From Octopus sinensis (taxonomy: Eukaryota), in assembly GCF_006345805.1 (NCBI RefSeq), contig NC_042999.1:81096001-81160000 (forward strand): 64,000 bases of DNA. The letters run 5' to 3'. A program made the position numbers and the translations under genes. Below, piece by piece: positions 12,495 through 25,696 of this stretch; position 1 is the stretch's first letter, and each line of letters opens with the position of its first letter. The notes under the pieces are model-generated. The model worked only from the letters and a program-made list of their open reading frames with translations, was not told where the DNA came from and ran no database searches.

Positions 12495-12951
12495 TAATCA
12501 ATATAGGGTGGCAAAACATTTCGTAGAATTTATTTGCCACCAGCGGCCTAGTGGGAAAAAAATTAAATAGTCATAGACCATTTATAAGTTCAATATCACA
12601 ATCAAGGAATGGCCATAATAGGCCATTCACCCACTAGAAATAACAGCCAAAGCTTCAACCGCAAATTAACATTAATTCCGCAAACCAGGAGAAAATTAAA
12701 AAAACATTTACCCTGTACATTCTTATACGATGCACCGTTTCATCTATTGTTTAATAGTAAACTAACCTGATTAAATAAGTCAAGCCAATCTTCCATAGGC
12801 CGATAGATTCGTCAGTAAGAAGCAGCCAGATCCGGCAGAATATTATCACGAGGCACCTCTGTCCCTGCCTCGGCAATATCTGACCTAAAATTTTCAAGGC
12901 CGCTGGTGGCAAATAAATTCTACGAAATTTTTTGCCACCCTATATTGATTA
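12495..12951. mobile_element. MITE/foldback-like unit with ~55-bp terminal inverted repeats (copy 1)
   Basis: TAATCAATATAGGGTGGCAAAA...GCCACCAGCGGCCT at 12495-12549 is inverted at 12897-12951; no ORF. Confidence 0.7.
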
Positions 12952-14170
12952 ATTATGAATTTTCTGGTTAATTCCGTAATGGAATCGGCGGCTTATATTT
13001 GCTGCCGATAAATTTGGCGCGCGGTGCGATGATTTGAAAATTTTAGGTAATATTTGCCGAGGCAGGGACAGAGGTGCCTCGTGATAATATCTGCTCGGAT
13101 CTGGCTGCTTCTTACTGACGAATCTATCGGCTATGGAAGATTGGCTTGACTTAATTTAATCAGGTTAGTTTACCAGTAAACAATAGATGAAACGGTGCAT
13201 CGTATAAGAAAGTACAGGTAAATGTTTTTTTAATTTTTTCTCTGTTTTGCGGAATTAATGTTATTTTGCGGTTGAAGCTTTGGCTGTTATTTCTAGTGGG
13301 TGAATGGCCTATTATGGCATTCCTTGATTGTGATGAGAATATATATATATATACATTAAAAATGATAATTTCAAGACATTCTCAAGATTTCATTAAAAAA
13401 GAAGTCCATACGTAATCCATAACGTGCCAGTTTTAAGCCATTTGAACAATTAAACCTTTTACTACTTTCACACTAACTACATTCCTTCTTATTCCCCCCT
13501 TCTCTTTCTTCTTCTTCTTCTTCTTCATCTTCTTCTTCTTCATTTTCTTCTTTGTCTCCTTCCTAAATTTACCACTATTGCTGTTTAGATAAACACCTAC
13601 GAAAATTATAAACAAAATATTGAAAAGAGATATTTTCATGAACTGAACAGTGACTGCTACCATCCACAGCGGGTCATTTTCGGGGCAGCAGCGCAGCTGA
13701 CCATTCAACATACTACTGTCATGGCATTCCAACATTCTTCTTCCTGTTTTTCACCTTCTACTTCTTCTCTTTCTCCTCCTCCTCCTGCTGCTGCTGCTCC
13801 TCCTTCTTCTTCTTCTCCTCTCCCTCCTCCTCCTCCTTCTTCTTCTTCTTCTTTTCTTCTTCTTCTTCTTCTTCTTCTTCTTCTTCTTCTTCTTCCCTAC
13901 CAAAGAATCACAACGACCTCGAACCCACAAGAGTAAACAAGAGAGACAGAGACAGGCAGAGAAACAAGGAAAATGCCACTTGTATTGAACACTTTTCTAA
14001 CTTTTCTAAATTCAATTGTTTTCATGTTGAAAAAGTCTCAATGACTGAAACCGTTACTGAAATGCTTTTTATAAAATTATTTTAGCTTTTTCTATCTTGA
14101 CTTTTTTTTCCTTATATATAATATTCATACACATACACACACAATTTATATATTATATATATAATATAAT

Positions 14171-14233
<63 letters not shown>

Positions 14234-14236
<3 letters not shown>

Positions 14237-14697
14237 ATTAATCAATATAGGGTGGCAAAAAATTTCGTAGAATTTATTTGCCACCAGCGGCCTAGTGGGA
14301 AAAAAATTAAATAGTCATAGACCATTTATAAGTTCAATATCACAATCAAGGAATGGCCATAAAGGCCATTCACCACTAGAAATAACAGCCAAGCTTCAAC
14401 CGCAAATTAACATTAATTCCGCAAACCAGGAGAAAATTAAAAAACATTTACCCTGTACATTCTTATACGATGCACCGTTTCATCTATTGTTTAATAGTAA
14501 ACTAACCTGATTAAATTAAGTCAAGCCAATCTTCCATAGGCCGATAGATTCGTCAGTAAGAAGCAGCCAGATCCGAGCAGATATTATCACGAGGCACCTC
14601 TGTCCCTGCCTCGGCAATATCTGACCTAAAATTTTCAAGGCCGCTGGTGGCAAATAAATTCTACGAAATTTTTTGCCACCCTATATTGATTAATTAT
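14234..14697. mobile_element. MITE/foldback-like unit (copy 2)
   Basis: 60-bp inverted termini at 14234-14293 and 14638-14697. Confidence 0.7.
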
Positions 14698-15891
14698 GAA
14701 TTTTCTGGTTAATTCCGTAATGGAATCGGCGGCTTATATTTGCTGCCGATAAATTTGGCGCGAGTGCGATGATTTGAAAATTTTAGGTCAGATATTGCCG
14801 AGGCAGGGACAGAGGTGCCTCGTGATAATATCTGCTCGGATCTGGCTGCTTCTTACTGACGAATCTATCGGCCTATGGAAGATTGGCTTGACTTAATTTA
14901 ATCAGGTTAGTTTACCATTAAACAATAGATGAAACGGTGCATCGTATAAGAAAGTACAGGGTAAATGTTTTTTTAATTTTCTCCTGGTTTGCGGAATTAA
15001 TGTTATTTTGCGGTTGAAGCTTTGGCTGTTATTTCTAGTGGGTGAATGGCCTATTATGGCCATTCCTTGATTGTGATGATATATATATATATATACATTA
15101 AAAATGATAATTTCAAGACATTCTCAAGATTTCATTAAAAAAGAAGTCCATAACGTAATCCATAACGTGCCAGTTTTAAGCCATTTGAACAATTAACACC
15201 TTACTACTTTCACACTAACTACATTCCTTCTTATTCTCCCTTCTCTTTCTTCTTCTTCTTCTTCTTCATCTTCTTCTTCTTCATTTTCTTCTTTGTCTCC
15301 TTCCTAAATTTACCACTATTGCTGTTTAGAATAACACCTACGAAAATTATATAAACAAAATATTGAAAAGAGATATTTTCATGAACTGAACAGTGACTGC
15401 TACCATCCACAGCGGGTCATTTTCGGGGCAGCAGCGCAGCTGACCATTCAACATACTACTGTCATGGCATTCCAACATTTTCTTCCTGTTTTTCCACCTT
15501 CTACTTCTTCTCTTTCTCCCCTCCTCCTGCTGCTGTGCTCCTCCTTCTTCTTTTTCTTCTCCTCTCCCTCCTCCTCCTCTTCTTCTTCTTCTTCTTCTTT
15601 TCTTCTTCTTCTTCTTCTTCTTCTTCTTCTTCTTCTTCTTCCCTACCAAGAAATCACAACGACCTCGAACCCACAAGAGTAAACAAGAGAGACAGAGACA
15701 GGCAGAAACAAGGAAAATGCCACTTGTATTTGAACACTTTTCTAACTTTTCTAAATTCAATTGTTTTCCATGTTGAAAAAGTCTCAATGACTGAAACCGT
15801 TACTGAAATGCTTTTTATAAAATTATTTTAGCTTTTTCTATCTTGACTTTTTTTTCCATATATATATATTCATACACATACACACACACAT

Positions 15892-15899
<8 letters not shown>

Positions 15900-15987
<88 letters not shown>
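15900..15987. repeat. (TA)n/(GA)n/(GATA)n compound microsatellite
   Basis: Direct sequence. Confidence 0.95.
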
Positions 15988-16021
15988 TATATATACATAT
16001 TATTTATTTATATATATATAT

Positions 16022-16418
16022 ATGTGCTTGTGCTCCGCAGTAAGCTCTCTTGGCAGCCCTCCTGCACAGATTTTTTAGAAACCGAACTCATCGTGGGTGA
16101 TTTGTTAGGCAGAACAATGACTAATCTGCAGAGAACGAGCTACCTCATCGATGACAACTCGACGGTTAAGCATTACCATCTCACGAGTTTGGTGAATCTT
16201 CTCGTCATTGGTGGGGGTTGACGTCTTGCTCCTTCGTACGTCACGCTTGTCCAGCCACATTAATATTTCTCGATCCAATCATATGCGGTAGAGAAATCTC
16301 CCCGTAATATGCCAAAACCCTCCTATGAATTTCAGCACCTGACACACCATCCGACCAGAAAAAATTGGATCACTGCTCTTTGTTCTTCTTTGGTGCATAT
16401 TTCTAGTGGAGCGGCCAT
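16022..16418 (-). pseudogene. Mariner transposase N-terminal remnant (HTH region)
   Basis: The minus strand gives MAAPLEICTKEEQRAVIQF...GVSGAEIHRR...NDEKIHQTREMVMLNRRVVIDEVARSLQISHCSA*QITHDEFGF*KICAGGLPRELTAEHKH. GLPREL corresponds to the mariner WVPHEL motif; there are stops and frameshifts. Confidence 0.85.
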
Positions 16419-17094
16419 GTCTACACTGTAAAGCTACAAAGACAAAAAGGCGCGATCAGGCTCAAACTTCGATCACGTGACCACAATAGCACCATCTCTA
16501 AGCAAGCATGCACAGAAGGCATTGTGAAAATAAGAAAAATATATTAAGGTGAAAGTGCGAATCATTTTTGACTTTGAAACTAATAACATTATATTCATCA
16601 TACTTGGGATTTGATGCTAGAAATTAGCTTCGGACGTCGTATCCTTTATAACGTACACTTTAGTGTAGGATATTATATACTATATTGTATTATATTACAT
16701 ATATGCTATGTATTATGTCTATGTGATGTATTATATGTAATATTACACTATGGTAACCCCTGCTTATTTAGTATGATTATATACTATAAAGTGTTTACAC
16801 TGTTCTTTCCTTCAATTCCATGACGTTCCACAATATCAGTCACATTAAATATATGTATAGTGAGTTATGAGATAGTAGTCCTTCTTTGACTAAACCTACA
16901 CTCCCGTAAGATTTATACAATCATACATACAATAGCACTCTTAATATTGTAATTTATAAAACCACATCCTCATCTGTATTCATAACGTAATCTACTTTGA
17001 TATGAATACTTGAATTGTCCTCATTATTTGCATACTTATTAGCTTTTAGATTATCTGTTATCTTTTCCTGCTTTTATTTTTAATCGCCAGTCTT

Positions 17095-17127
<33 letters not shown>

Positions 17128-17173
17128 TATATATCTATAATATATATATATATATAGATATATTATCTAATAT

Positions 17174-17217
<44 letters not shown>

Positions 17218-17221
17218 TCAC

Positions 17222-17253
<32 letters not shown>

Positions 17254-17528
17254 GTATATATATTTCTTATTAATTTTCTATTAATTTTTATTATTTTGTT
17301 TCTTATCGTTGTATATTTTCCTAATTAATATATTGCTCTTTATATTTTATTTTTAAGTAGTATTGAATTTCTTATAGTTTGCATTCCGTTTCCCTTCCCA
17401 TGTACTGGTAAAACTTTCTATGAGTCGTGAAGTATGTTACATCTTCCCTCTGCACATATGCATAAATATGGGTTAATATAGATCTTAAATTGATATTTTT
17501 CATTACTTGTAATTACACCATATAATAA

Positions 17529-17566
<38 letters not shown>

Positions 17567-18739
17567 TATAAATTTTTTGTATATGTATGTGTATGCCATA
17601 TTTTTCTGCTGTTAAATCTACTTATATCAGTACACACTTTTCAAAGCTGTTAAATTCTTCTTGTATACTTACATTTAATTATGTCTATGTGTTATTATCT
17701 TTTTTCTGACCCCTTACTTCCAATCAATAGATAAAATGTATATTTTTCCTGAAAATTCCATATGCAAGTCATGATCATTGTTTCAGTGGCCTTTGTAGCG
17801 ACCACCTAATAGTTATGTAATGCTGAGTTATTAGGGTGATTCTACATAGTTGTTATCTTTTTAATGTTTAAACTGGTCTGTATATCCCTCTTAGTTAACA
17901 TGATTTTGATATCTCTTTTTAAAATTAAAATTTTAAAAATATTAATTTTATTTTTACACAACATAATATTACACGTTTTTTTGTTATACCTTGATTATAA
18001 TCTTTTTCCCCGCTGAGCCTTTAATGTTTTTCGAGATCCCAGTATAGCATCCTAACTGAAAATAATGACAAGAGTTAATGTCATCCCCTACGCTACCTCT
18101 TTATGGGCATTTACTGCTATCCAATTCATTCCTTCTAAAGTTTGTTTCCTTTTGTTGTGCGGAGTACTTATGGCTGTAATTAATTAAGAAATTAAGGAAT
18201 AGGAGAAACATCTAGTATTATTTATTCAGGACCAGCTGCCAACTCTGAGTTGGCAACTCACAATTTTGTTTATTAGCAATTAACTTATATATTCTAGCCT
18301 TAGATATATTGCTGATGATAAGAAGGTAGATAAAAAAAATTAGAAATGATTTATAATCCTCAGGTTCCCTCTGTGTTCCATACACTCTGAAACTGTAGTT
18401 CTTCTCTTAGATTATTCTTACTGCAATAGTGGCAACATGAAATTCTTTCATCCTCTAGCTCTGATAAAATATTTGAGGAAAATTATATTAATATATCTTG
18501 TCTCTTGTAAATCCATTTTCATTGCAACTGAAAGTAGCACTGAATTTAAATAAATGTAATCCGTGCATTGTTAAATTAAATAGAGCCACTTGAATCGGTC
18601 GTATTGAACTAATACTGTTACATATTTTGATTTTTCTCACCTTACTTCGAGCTGTGCGGATAATACCACACTAACTTTGTGCCTCAACTTAATTACCTAA
18701 TTCAACTGTATGTGTGTATGTGTATGTGCACGCGCGCAT

Positions 18740-19645
18740 GTAAATAAATCTCAAAAACGGAAGAACATAAAGGATGGCAATAAAAACATACAGACAGATG
18801 GAAAATACAAAGAGTGGCAGGAAAAATAGGACGGAAAATGTGTGGCTTTCTATTCTTCAGTCAAGCTTCCAATCATTATTACAGTTGCGGCCTATTACAC
18901 TTGAGATTGTTCAAAATTGGTTGGCCGCAAAACTCTAAGCTAGGGTATTAAAGTTTTGGAAGAAAGCGAGCGACAGAAAGAATAAGGAAAACGGAGAGAA
19001 TGTTACACGATTGCAACAAGAATAACAGGTATCTTTCGACTAAAATGATAAGTTAAGCTGAATTAGCGTGTAAAGTGGAAGCCTTACAGCACAAATATAG
19101 ATGAAAGTCAGGAGACAGGAAAATAAGGTGTCGTGCGAGCAGCGATCAGGCTAAGAAAGAAAGATCATGCTTGGCCGAGCCCTGAGCACGTGAGAGGAAC
19201 AGAGAGGGTTTGGGAGAAGCGGGATTGAAGAATTAGGGAAGGAATTAGAGAGAAAGAGAGAGAGAGAGAGAAAGAGACAGGGAAAAGTACAATGGAGATA
19301 ACAGAGGAAAGTGAAGAGATTAAAGAAAGAGAAATGTGAGAGAGTGGGAGCGAGAAAAGAAAAATGCAAAGAAAGAGAATGCCAAGAAAGTGAGAGATGG
19401 GGAGCAATAAAAAGAGAAAGAGTAAAGAAAGAAGGAAGTCGTACAGAATTTAGATATATACTTACAAGTTGAACGAAAGGTGCACGTACACCGCTATATG
19501 TATATATAAATCCCCAAACCGGAAGAACATAACGGAGGACGATAAAAAGATACGGACAGATGGACGATAGAAAAACGGACAGGAAAAGCAGCACGAACAT
19601 TTGTGGCTTTCTATTCATCAGTCAAGCTTCCAATCATCTTTACAG
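18740..19645 (-). mobile_element. PLE-like pLTR remnant with a duplicated 3' end
   Basis: ~18765-18895 is repeated at ~19515-19645 around a GA-rich block; homologous to 25697-26110 and 43431-44366. Confidence 0.55.
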
Positions 19646-19707
19646 TTTCACACCACAGACACATACATATACACACACACACACACACGCACACACACAC
19701 ACACACA

Positions 19708-19748
<41 letters not shown>

Positions 19749-19757
19749 ACATGTATA

Positions 19758-19794
<37 letters not shown>

Positions 19795-19822
19795 ATATAT
19801 ATATATTATGTGTGTGTGGTGT

Positions 19823-20128
19823 GGGATGCGCAATGGCCTAGTAGTTAGGGCAGCGAACTCACGGTCGTAGGATCGCGGTTTCGATTCCATCCGGGAGTTG
19901 TGAGTATTTATTGAGCGAAAACACCTAACGCTCCGCGAGGCTCCGGCAAGGATTGGTGGTTATCCCTGCTGTACTTTATTGCCACAACTTTCTCTCTTTC
20001 TTCTGTTGGCCTGCTCTCTTAGCCAGTGGGGTGTCGTCATTTGAAGGCTAAAACAATGCGAAGTACATGGTGACCAGCGATGTGTAGCAATATCTGATAG
20101 CCTGGTCGGTCACGGTGATCACGGTGAT
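19823..20128 (+). mobile_element. tRNA-derived SINE (family S2)
   Basis: A-box TGGCCTAGTAGTT, B-box GGTTTCGATTCC, tail (CACGGTGAT)2; head and core shared with 58165-58449. Confidence 0.85.
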
Positions 20129-20312
20129 ATATACATACATACATAAATACATATATATATATATATATATACACTAAGCAATAAAGGGTTTAGCAACGAA
20201 TTGCCTTACCACATACCGAATTTAGAAATAGCAGTCAAAGAGTTATAGCTATTTCTTCTACTAAAATTAATTAATTTCACCTTCAATTTATTTACGGATA
20301 ATATATATATAG

Positions 20313-20355
<43 letters not shown>

Positions 20356-21150
20356 ATGTACAGAGAGAGGGCAGAGTGAGAGAGAGAATGTACAGTTCTG
20401 TTATAGTTAGAACCAACAGAATAAATATTCCATGTAGGGGGGCGTGTGTGTGTATTGGTGTGTGCGTGTGAGTGTGAGTGTTTGGCAGAGACAGAGAGAG
20501 AGAGGGGGAGAGAGAGCGTGTGCATGTGAGTGTATTTGTCTAGGTATGATGTGTTGTCCATACGCTTCTTGCTCACTTAGAACTCTCATATTAATCATTA
20601 TATATGCAAGCAGTATGCATAATTATACGGATATTTGATATTGCACGTATTAATACACTTATCCTAGAATGTCAGTGACACAGAAACCATACGTATTACA
20701 GCAATCCGATCATGTATTTCTGACGTCATGGAAGGAAAGCGAACTTACATGAAGCTAATATGGTTAATCTAATTAGGTATTTGGGGTCGCGTAGAAACTG
20801 ATGTTGACGTGATAGCGATTAACAGCAAATGTCGCCACATCACTTATCATTTTCTTGGTCTCCCTCTTGATTGAGATATATCGGCGCCAATTTGCTGATA
20901 GGAAACTCAATGAGAGAACCTGCAAGAAGACAAACTTCAAAGTTGCACGGTAAATATAATTATGATGGTAACTGTAATGTTTATGAGTGCGTATGCTTTT
21001 GTACGCTCGTGCGTAAATGTGTATGTTTGCGCATGTGTGTTCGTGTTTGTGAGTTCATGTGTCTTAGTGAGATAACTGTAATGAAGCGCTGAACTGTAAG
21101 AGAGCTGCATTAGGAGAGTGGTAATAGAGAAGTACGTTGTCCATGGCTAC

Positions 21151-21272
21151 GATGATGAGGTGAGGATGATGACAACGACAACGACGTCGACGACGACGAC
21201 GACGGCGATGATGATGATGATGATGATGATGACGACGACGACGACGATGATGATGAGGATGATGATATGATG
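21151..21272. repeat. (GAT)n/(GAC)n microsatellite
   Basis: Direct sequence. Confidence 0.95.
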
Positions 21273-22679
21273 ATCTTGCAAAAATCACACCTACTATTTT
21301 AAGGAGGGGTAAGTGTGTAAAGAAGATGCATACATCTCTGAATTGTTTTGACTTATTTAAAATGCGATTAACCAGTGACATCACATTTTATACAGACAGC
21401 TTAAAAACAAAACTCCGAACGAACTTTCAGGCTAGCTCCTCTGGAGGATAATTAGGCCTGCGACCAAGCACGAAAGAGGTCGATAATAATAAAACATTTA
21501 TTGGTAACCTACCAATATGATATCATCTTACCGACATGGTATTACTTTAAATTGATTTTAAATGAAAAACCTGCAAGTTCTATAAAATATGAATTTTCAA
21601 CTGTTAACATGTAACAAGTATTCAGTCTGACCTGATCCCAACGCTGGATGTTCAAGAACGAAATGAAGGGCAGATTCGCAATACCAGGATCATCCTGATT
21701 TCTACATAATATGACAAATCTATGTAGAGCAAACGTAGACTGAGATGCAGGGGTCTCGGACGGATGGACAGAAAGAATTTCGCGTTTATTATTATAGATT
21801 AAACGTTAACATGTGGATTTACGATGTAGAAGTTATAGTGTAATATTTCATACAAATTGTATACAATTTTATTATTTGCAATTTCTTCACTAAAGACCAA
21901 ATTCAATTGGGATCGGAAGTCGTCGAAAAATTGCTGAATTGTCTATTATAGTGAAGTAGATTTGAACGCTTCCATTCCTGTAGCTTCGTTAGTAAAGGCA
22001 TGCGAGAAACAGGCATCTCTACGCATTGTTAGACAGGCTATTAACTTTTCCATACAGAACATCTGAATTTGATATACATGGAATTATGTCTCAATTTGTT
22101 TTCAAGAAAATGTAAACAAAGCTTTACAATTTTCTTCTAAAAAGACTAAACAAAATGCATATTTATAAATGTAATCGTCTATGAATTCCAACTCATCAGT
22201 TTAATTTTGCATATGCACTAATATTTCTTGAAATTTCAATTAAATTTTCTGTGGTTTGTAAAGTGAATGCTCCTTTATATTCTGCTGATAATTTCCTATA
22301 TATTGTATTGAGATTTAATAGACAAATATGTTTGGACATAGTGATAGGTTACATGAGATGTGACCATGAACTAGAACATAAAAGATATCATTTAAAATAC
22401 ATTTCATTGCAGGAAATGTAGTGACCAAAATTCGGAAGGGATAGGAAAGTTGACTGAATGTCATTTCTTAAAGTATTACCAGTCAATTTTTTTTTATAGC
22501 TGATACTAGATATCCCCCCAAAATATCTATATCAAAATAGGCTTCCAGTTTCACTGATATTATTGACTTTACTATGTATATGTAGTTCAGAATAGAGAAA
22601 GGGGGGAGAAGAGGGAGTAAGACAGAAGGAGGGGAAGAGTAACAGAGAGGGAGTGATCAGAAACCTGTTCTGAGCTATA

Positions 22680-22870
22680 CACCCAATTGTCGATTTGCCC
22701 GTACGCATTCTACCTCTGAGGAAGAAGCCGTCGCAGGACTACTTATTTTTACCAGCTGAGCGGGTAGAAGCAACGTGAAATAACGTGTACTGTGTGTCAC
22801 CAGGTCCAAAAATCGAAACCAAAATTGCATGTTCATGAGTGGAACACCCTAACCACAAAAACACGTGCTC
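22680..22870 (-). mobile_element. Old tRNA/CORE-like SINE
   Basis: ACCAGCTGAGCGGGTAGAAGCAACGTGAAATAA followed by ATCGAAACC...CCCTAACCAC (reverse B/A boxes). Confidence 0.55.
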
Positions 22871-23289
22871 CTTCGTATGTGTAGTTACCGTCAATAAGAT
22901 AAATTTGTGCAATGAGGAGGTGTAAGATATTTCTTTATTTAGGCTTCCATCCTTTAGTATTTTCTAATTTGCGTATTTGTAACGTGAGGCCTTTTTATAA
23001 TAAAAAGAAACTAGTACAAAATCTATATAATGTAGCCATTTCACAAGTCCCCCACGAAAGAAATATTAAAATGTAAATAGACGGACAAAGGTGCCAAGTA
23101 ATGTTTTCAAGAAAAAACTTCAATCAATTACAGATTTAATGTTTGTATTTGTGTTACATTGTTTTATTAAAGATATTGAATAACACGAAATTGTTTTCAG
23201 ACACTTATAATGCAATAATAAAATTTGTAAGAAAAATCAGCTTTATATATGTGTGTTTGTGTGTGTGTGTTATAAATTTATATGTACAT

Positions 23290-23316
23290 GCATATGTATA
23301 TGTATATATATATATC

Positions 23317-23348
<32 letters not shown>

Positions 23349-23420
23349 TAAATATATATATATATACATACATATATATATATATATACTTGTTATATAT
23401 ATACATATATATATGTACAT

Positions 23421-23465
<45 letters not shown>

Positions 23466-23495
23466 CACATATGCATATGCATATATGTGTATGCG

Positions 23496-23529
<34 letters not shown>

Positions 23530-23565
23530 ATTATATATATATATATGGTGTGTGTGTGTGTGTGG
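23290..23565. repeat. Long (TA)n/(GT)n compound microsatellite
   Basis: Direct sequence. Confidence 0.95.
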
Positions 23566-24170
23566 TATGTGTTGTATGCTTTAATGTGTTTATTTATTCC
23601 GATGATGGTACTTGCAAGATCTTGCAAGTTAGTAGTGTCGCTTCTGCATTTCGAACGCATTGAAGTACAAATGGAATTATTGAATTCATGTCTTATGAGT
23701 AGACAGCAAATTATGAGTTAATGCTGGTCAATATTTAACGTGTGTTAGGTTAGAGGATATGTGAAGTCCAATGTAAAGATATAAAGAAATACTAAAGTAT
23801 TTTTAGCATTAAGACAAAAAAATTCAGACAAAGATAAAAGAGGTAAAAAAATGGAAGGGGTGCTGTAGTGAATTTGGAATTAGCAGAACACGTGTAAGGG
23901 AGAAACAATAAAATTATATATTAAATCATCGATTCTAAACCAAATATATTTACTTATCAAAAACTATATTTATTTTAGATGGTATACCAAATTCGTAATT
24001 ACAGAACAGTGAAATAGCTTACACAGATACGCAGGCGCACACACAGACACAGACATATAGCTAGACAGTGTATTTAGTCTTGACAGTGCCACCATTCTAA
24101 TATTGTCTCCCAGTTTTATCTGCGCGTGTGTGTGTGTGCGTGTGTGGTGCGTGTGGTGTTGTGTGTGTGC

Positions 24171-24235
<65 letters not shown>

Positions 24236-25253
24236 ATATATATGTATATATTTAGTGTGAGAAGAGAGAGAGAAAGAGAAAAATCAATACATACATACAT
24301 ACATATATGTGTGTGTGTGTGTTGTAGCACATATTTTACTAAATTAATATATGAATGATGTAATATGGAATATAATCAAAATTTGCAATGTATTACGTTG
24401 CAGATTTGATGCGCTTTCTTTGATGACTGAGAAAAATTGTCTTCAATTTTCGAATTTCCTATCAGTTGTATTCTAACAGATTTAAGATGAAACCCATGCT
24501 AGTTGCAGTTCTACCATCACTTGTTTGCAAGGATATTATTTTATCATAAATGATTGCCTGTGAATTGCTATTTTCAGCTGATTATATACCATGGCCCACT
24601 TCTCAATATTCAGACGATGTATGCATATTTGTGATATACTAGTGCTTTCTATGCATTTTTGGTTAGAATTTTTATGTTCATGCAGAGACAGTTATTTGCA
24701 GTATAAATACGACGTACATCTCAGCAGGCCATGTACCAAGATACGAGCACTATGATAGATTACACTGTAGTTTCATTGTTAGATATATTTTTATATATCT
24801 GCAACTTCATTCTATAAATCTTACATACTTACACTTTCTAAAATTTGTATATACAAGAAATATATGGAGAATGAAGTAGAAAAATAAGTAGTAGTGAAAT
24901 GATAAGCAAACAACTGTTAAATATATAAGGTAGATCACTACGAATTACCATTGGTCTTTCGTAAGTGGCATGAACACATAGAAAATGTCTTCGTTCTTCG
25001 AGAAGACAAAAAACCCAAAATATTATCACATTACGAAAATCACGTTGTGAATTGAACTCCTGTCATAAGGATGTCATAATCAAAAAAGTCAAATGCCACT
25101 CTTGAATCAATGTAAACAACTAATAATATGATGCTGTTGCGGTCAGGTGTTTCATGATCATAGTAAATTCTTGCAATCTCAGAATTTTCTTTATATATTC
25201 ATGTATGTATATATATATAAGTGTACGCACGCCGCTATATATATATATTATAT

Positions 25254-25306
<53 letters not shown>

Positions 25307-25696
25307 TAAGGTGGGAGAAGGTAGTCTCTCTATTCCTCTTATATATACGTAAGGTTCGGCGAATTTGCACATACGCATATTTGTCTGTTAATTACATTCG
25401 TAACTGTTAGAATATTAAAATATAGAATTTGGTATTGAATTATAATAACGTTAATTTAGAGGCCTGACGATTGAGGTTGCGTTTTAAGAAATGTCCTTGT
25501 AAAACACTGCGTGCTTAAGGAATGGTAAAAGAACATCAAGAAACACGCGTAGCAGAGAAATTTAGAAATTAGTAGTAAGTATTAGAATAAAATTATTTTA
25601 TATGGTGTGATAATGGGGACTGCTATCTCTAAATAACATATATTTCCTCATTGAGAATAATTCATTTTATTTGAATCCCTGTATATATATATATAC

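Larger units (their letters stand above)
12495..15890 (+). repeat. ~1.74-kb tandem duplication (12495-~14145 vs 14239-~15890), including (CTT)n/(CCT)n tracts
   Basis: Colinear near-identity across the foldback unit, unique sequence and CTT-rich block. Confidence 0.93.
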
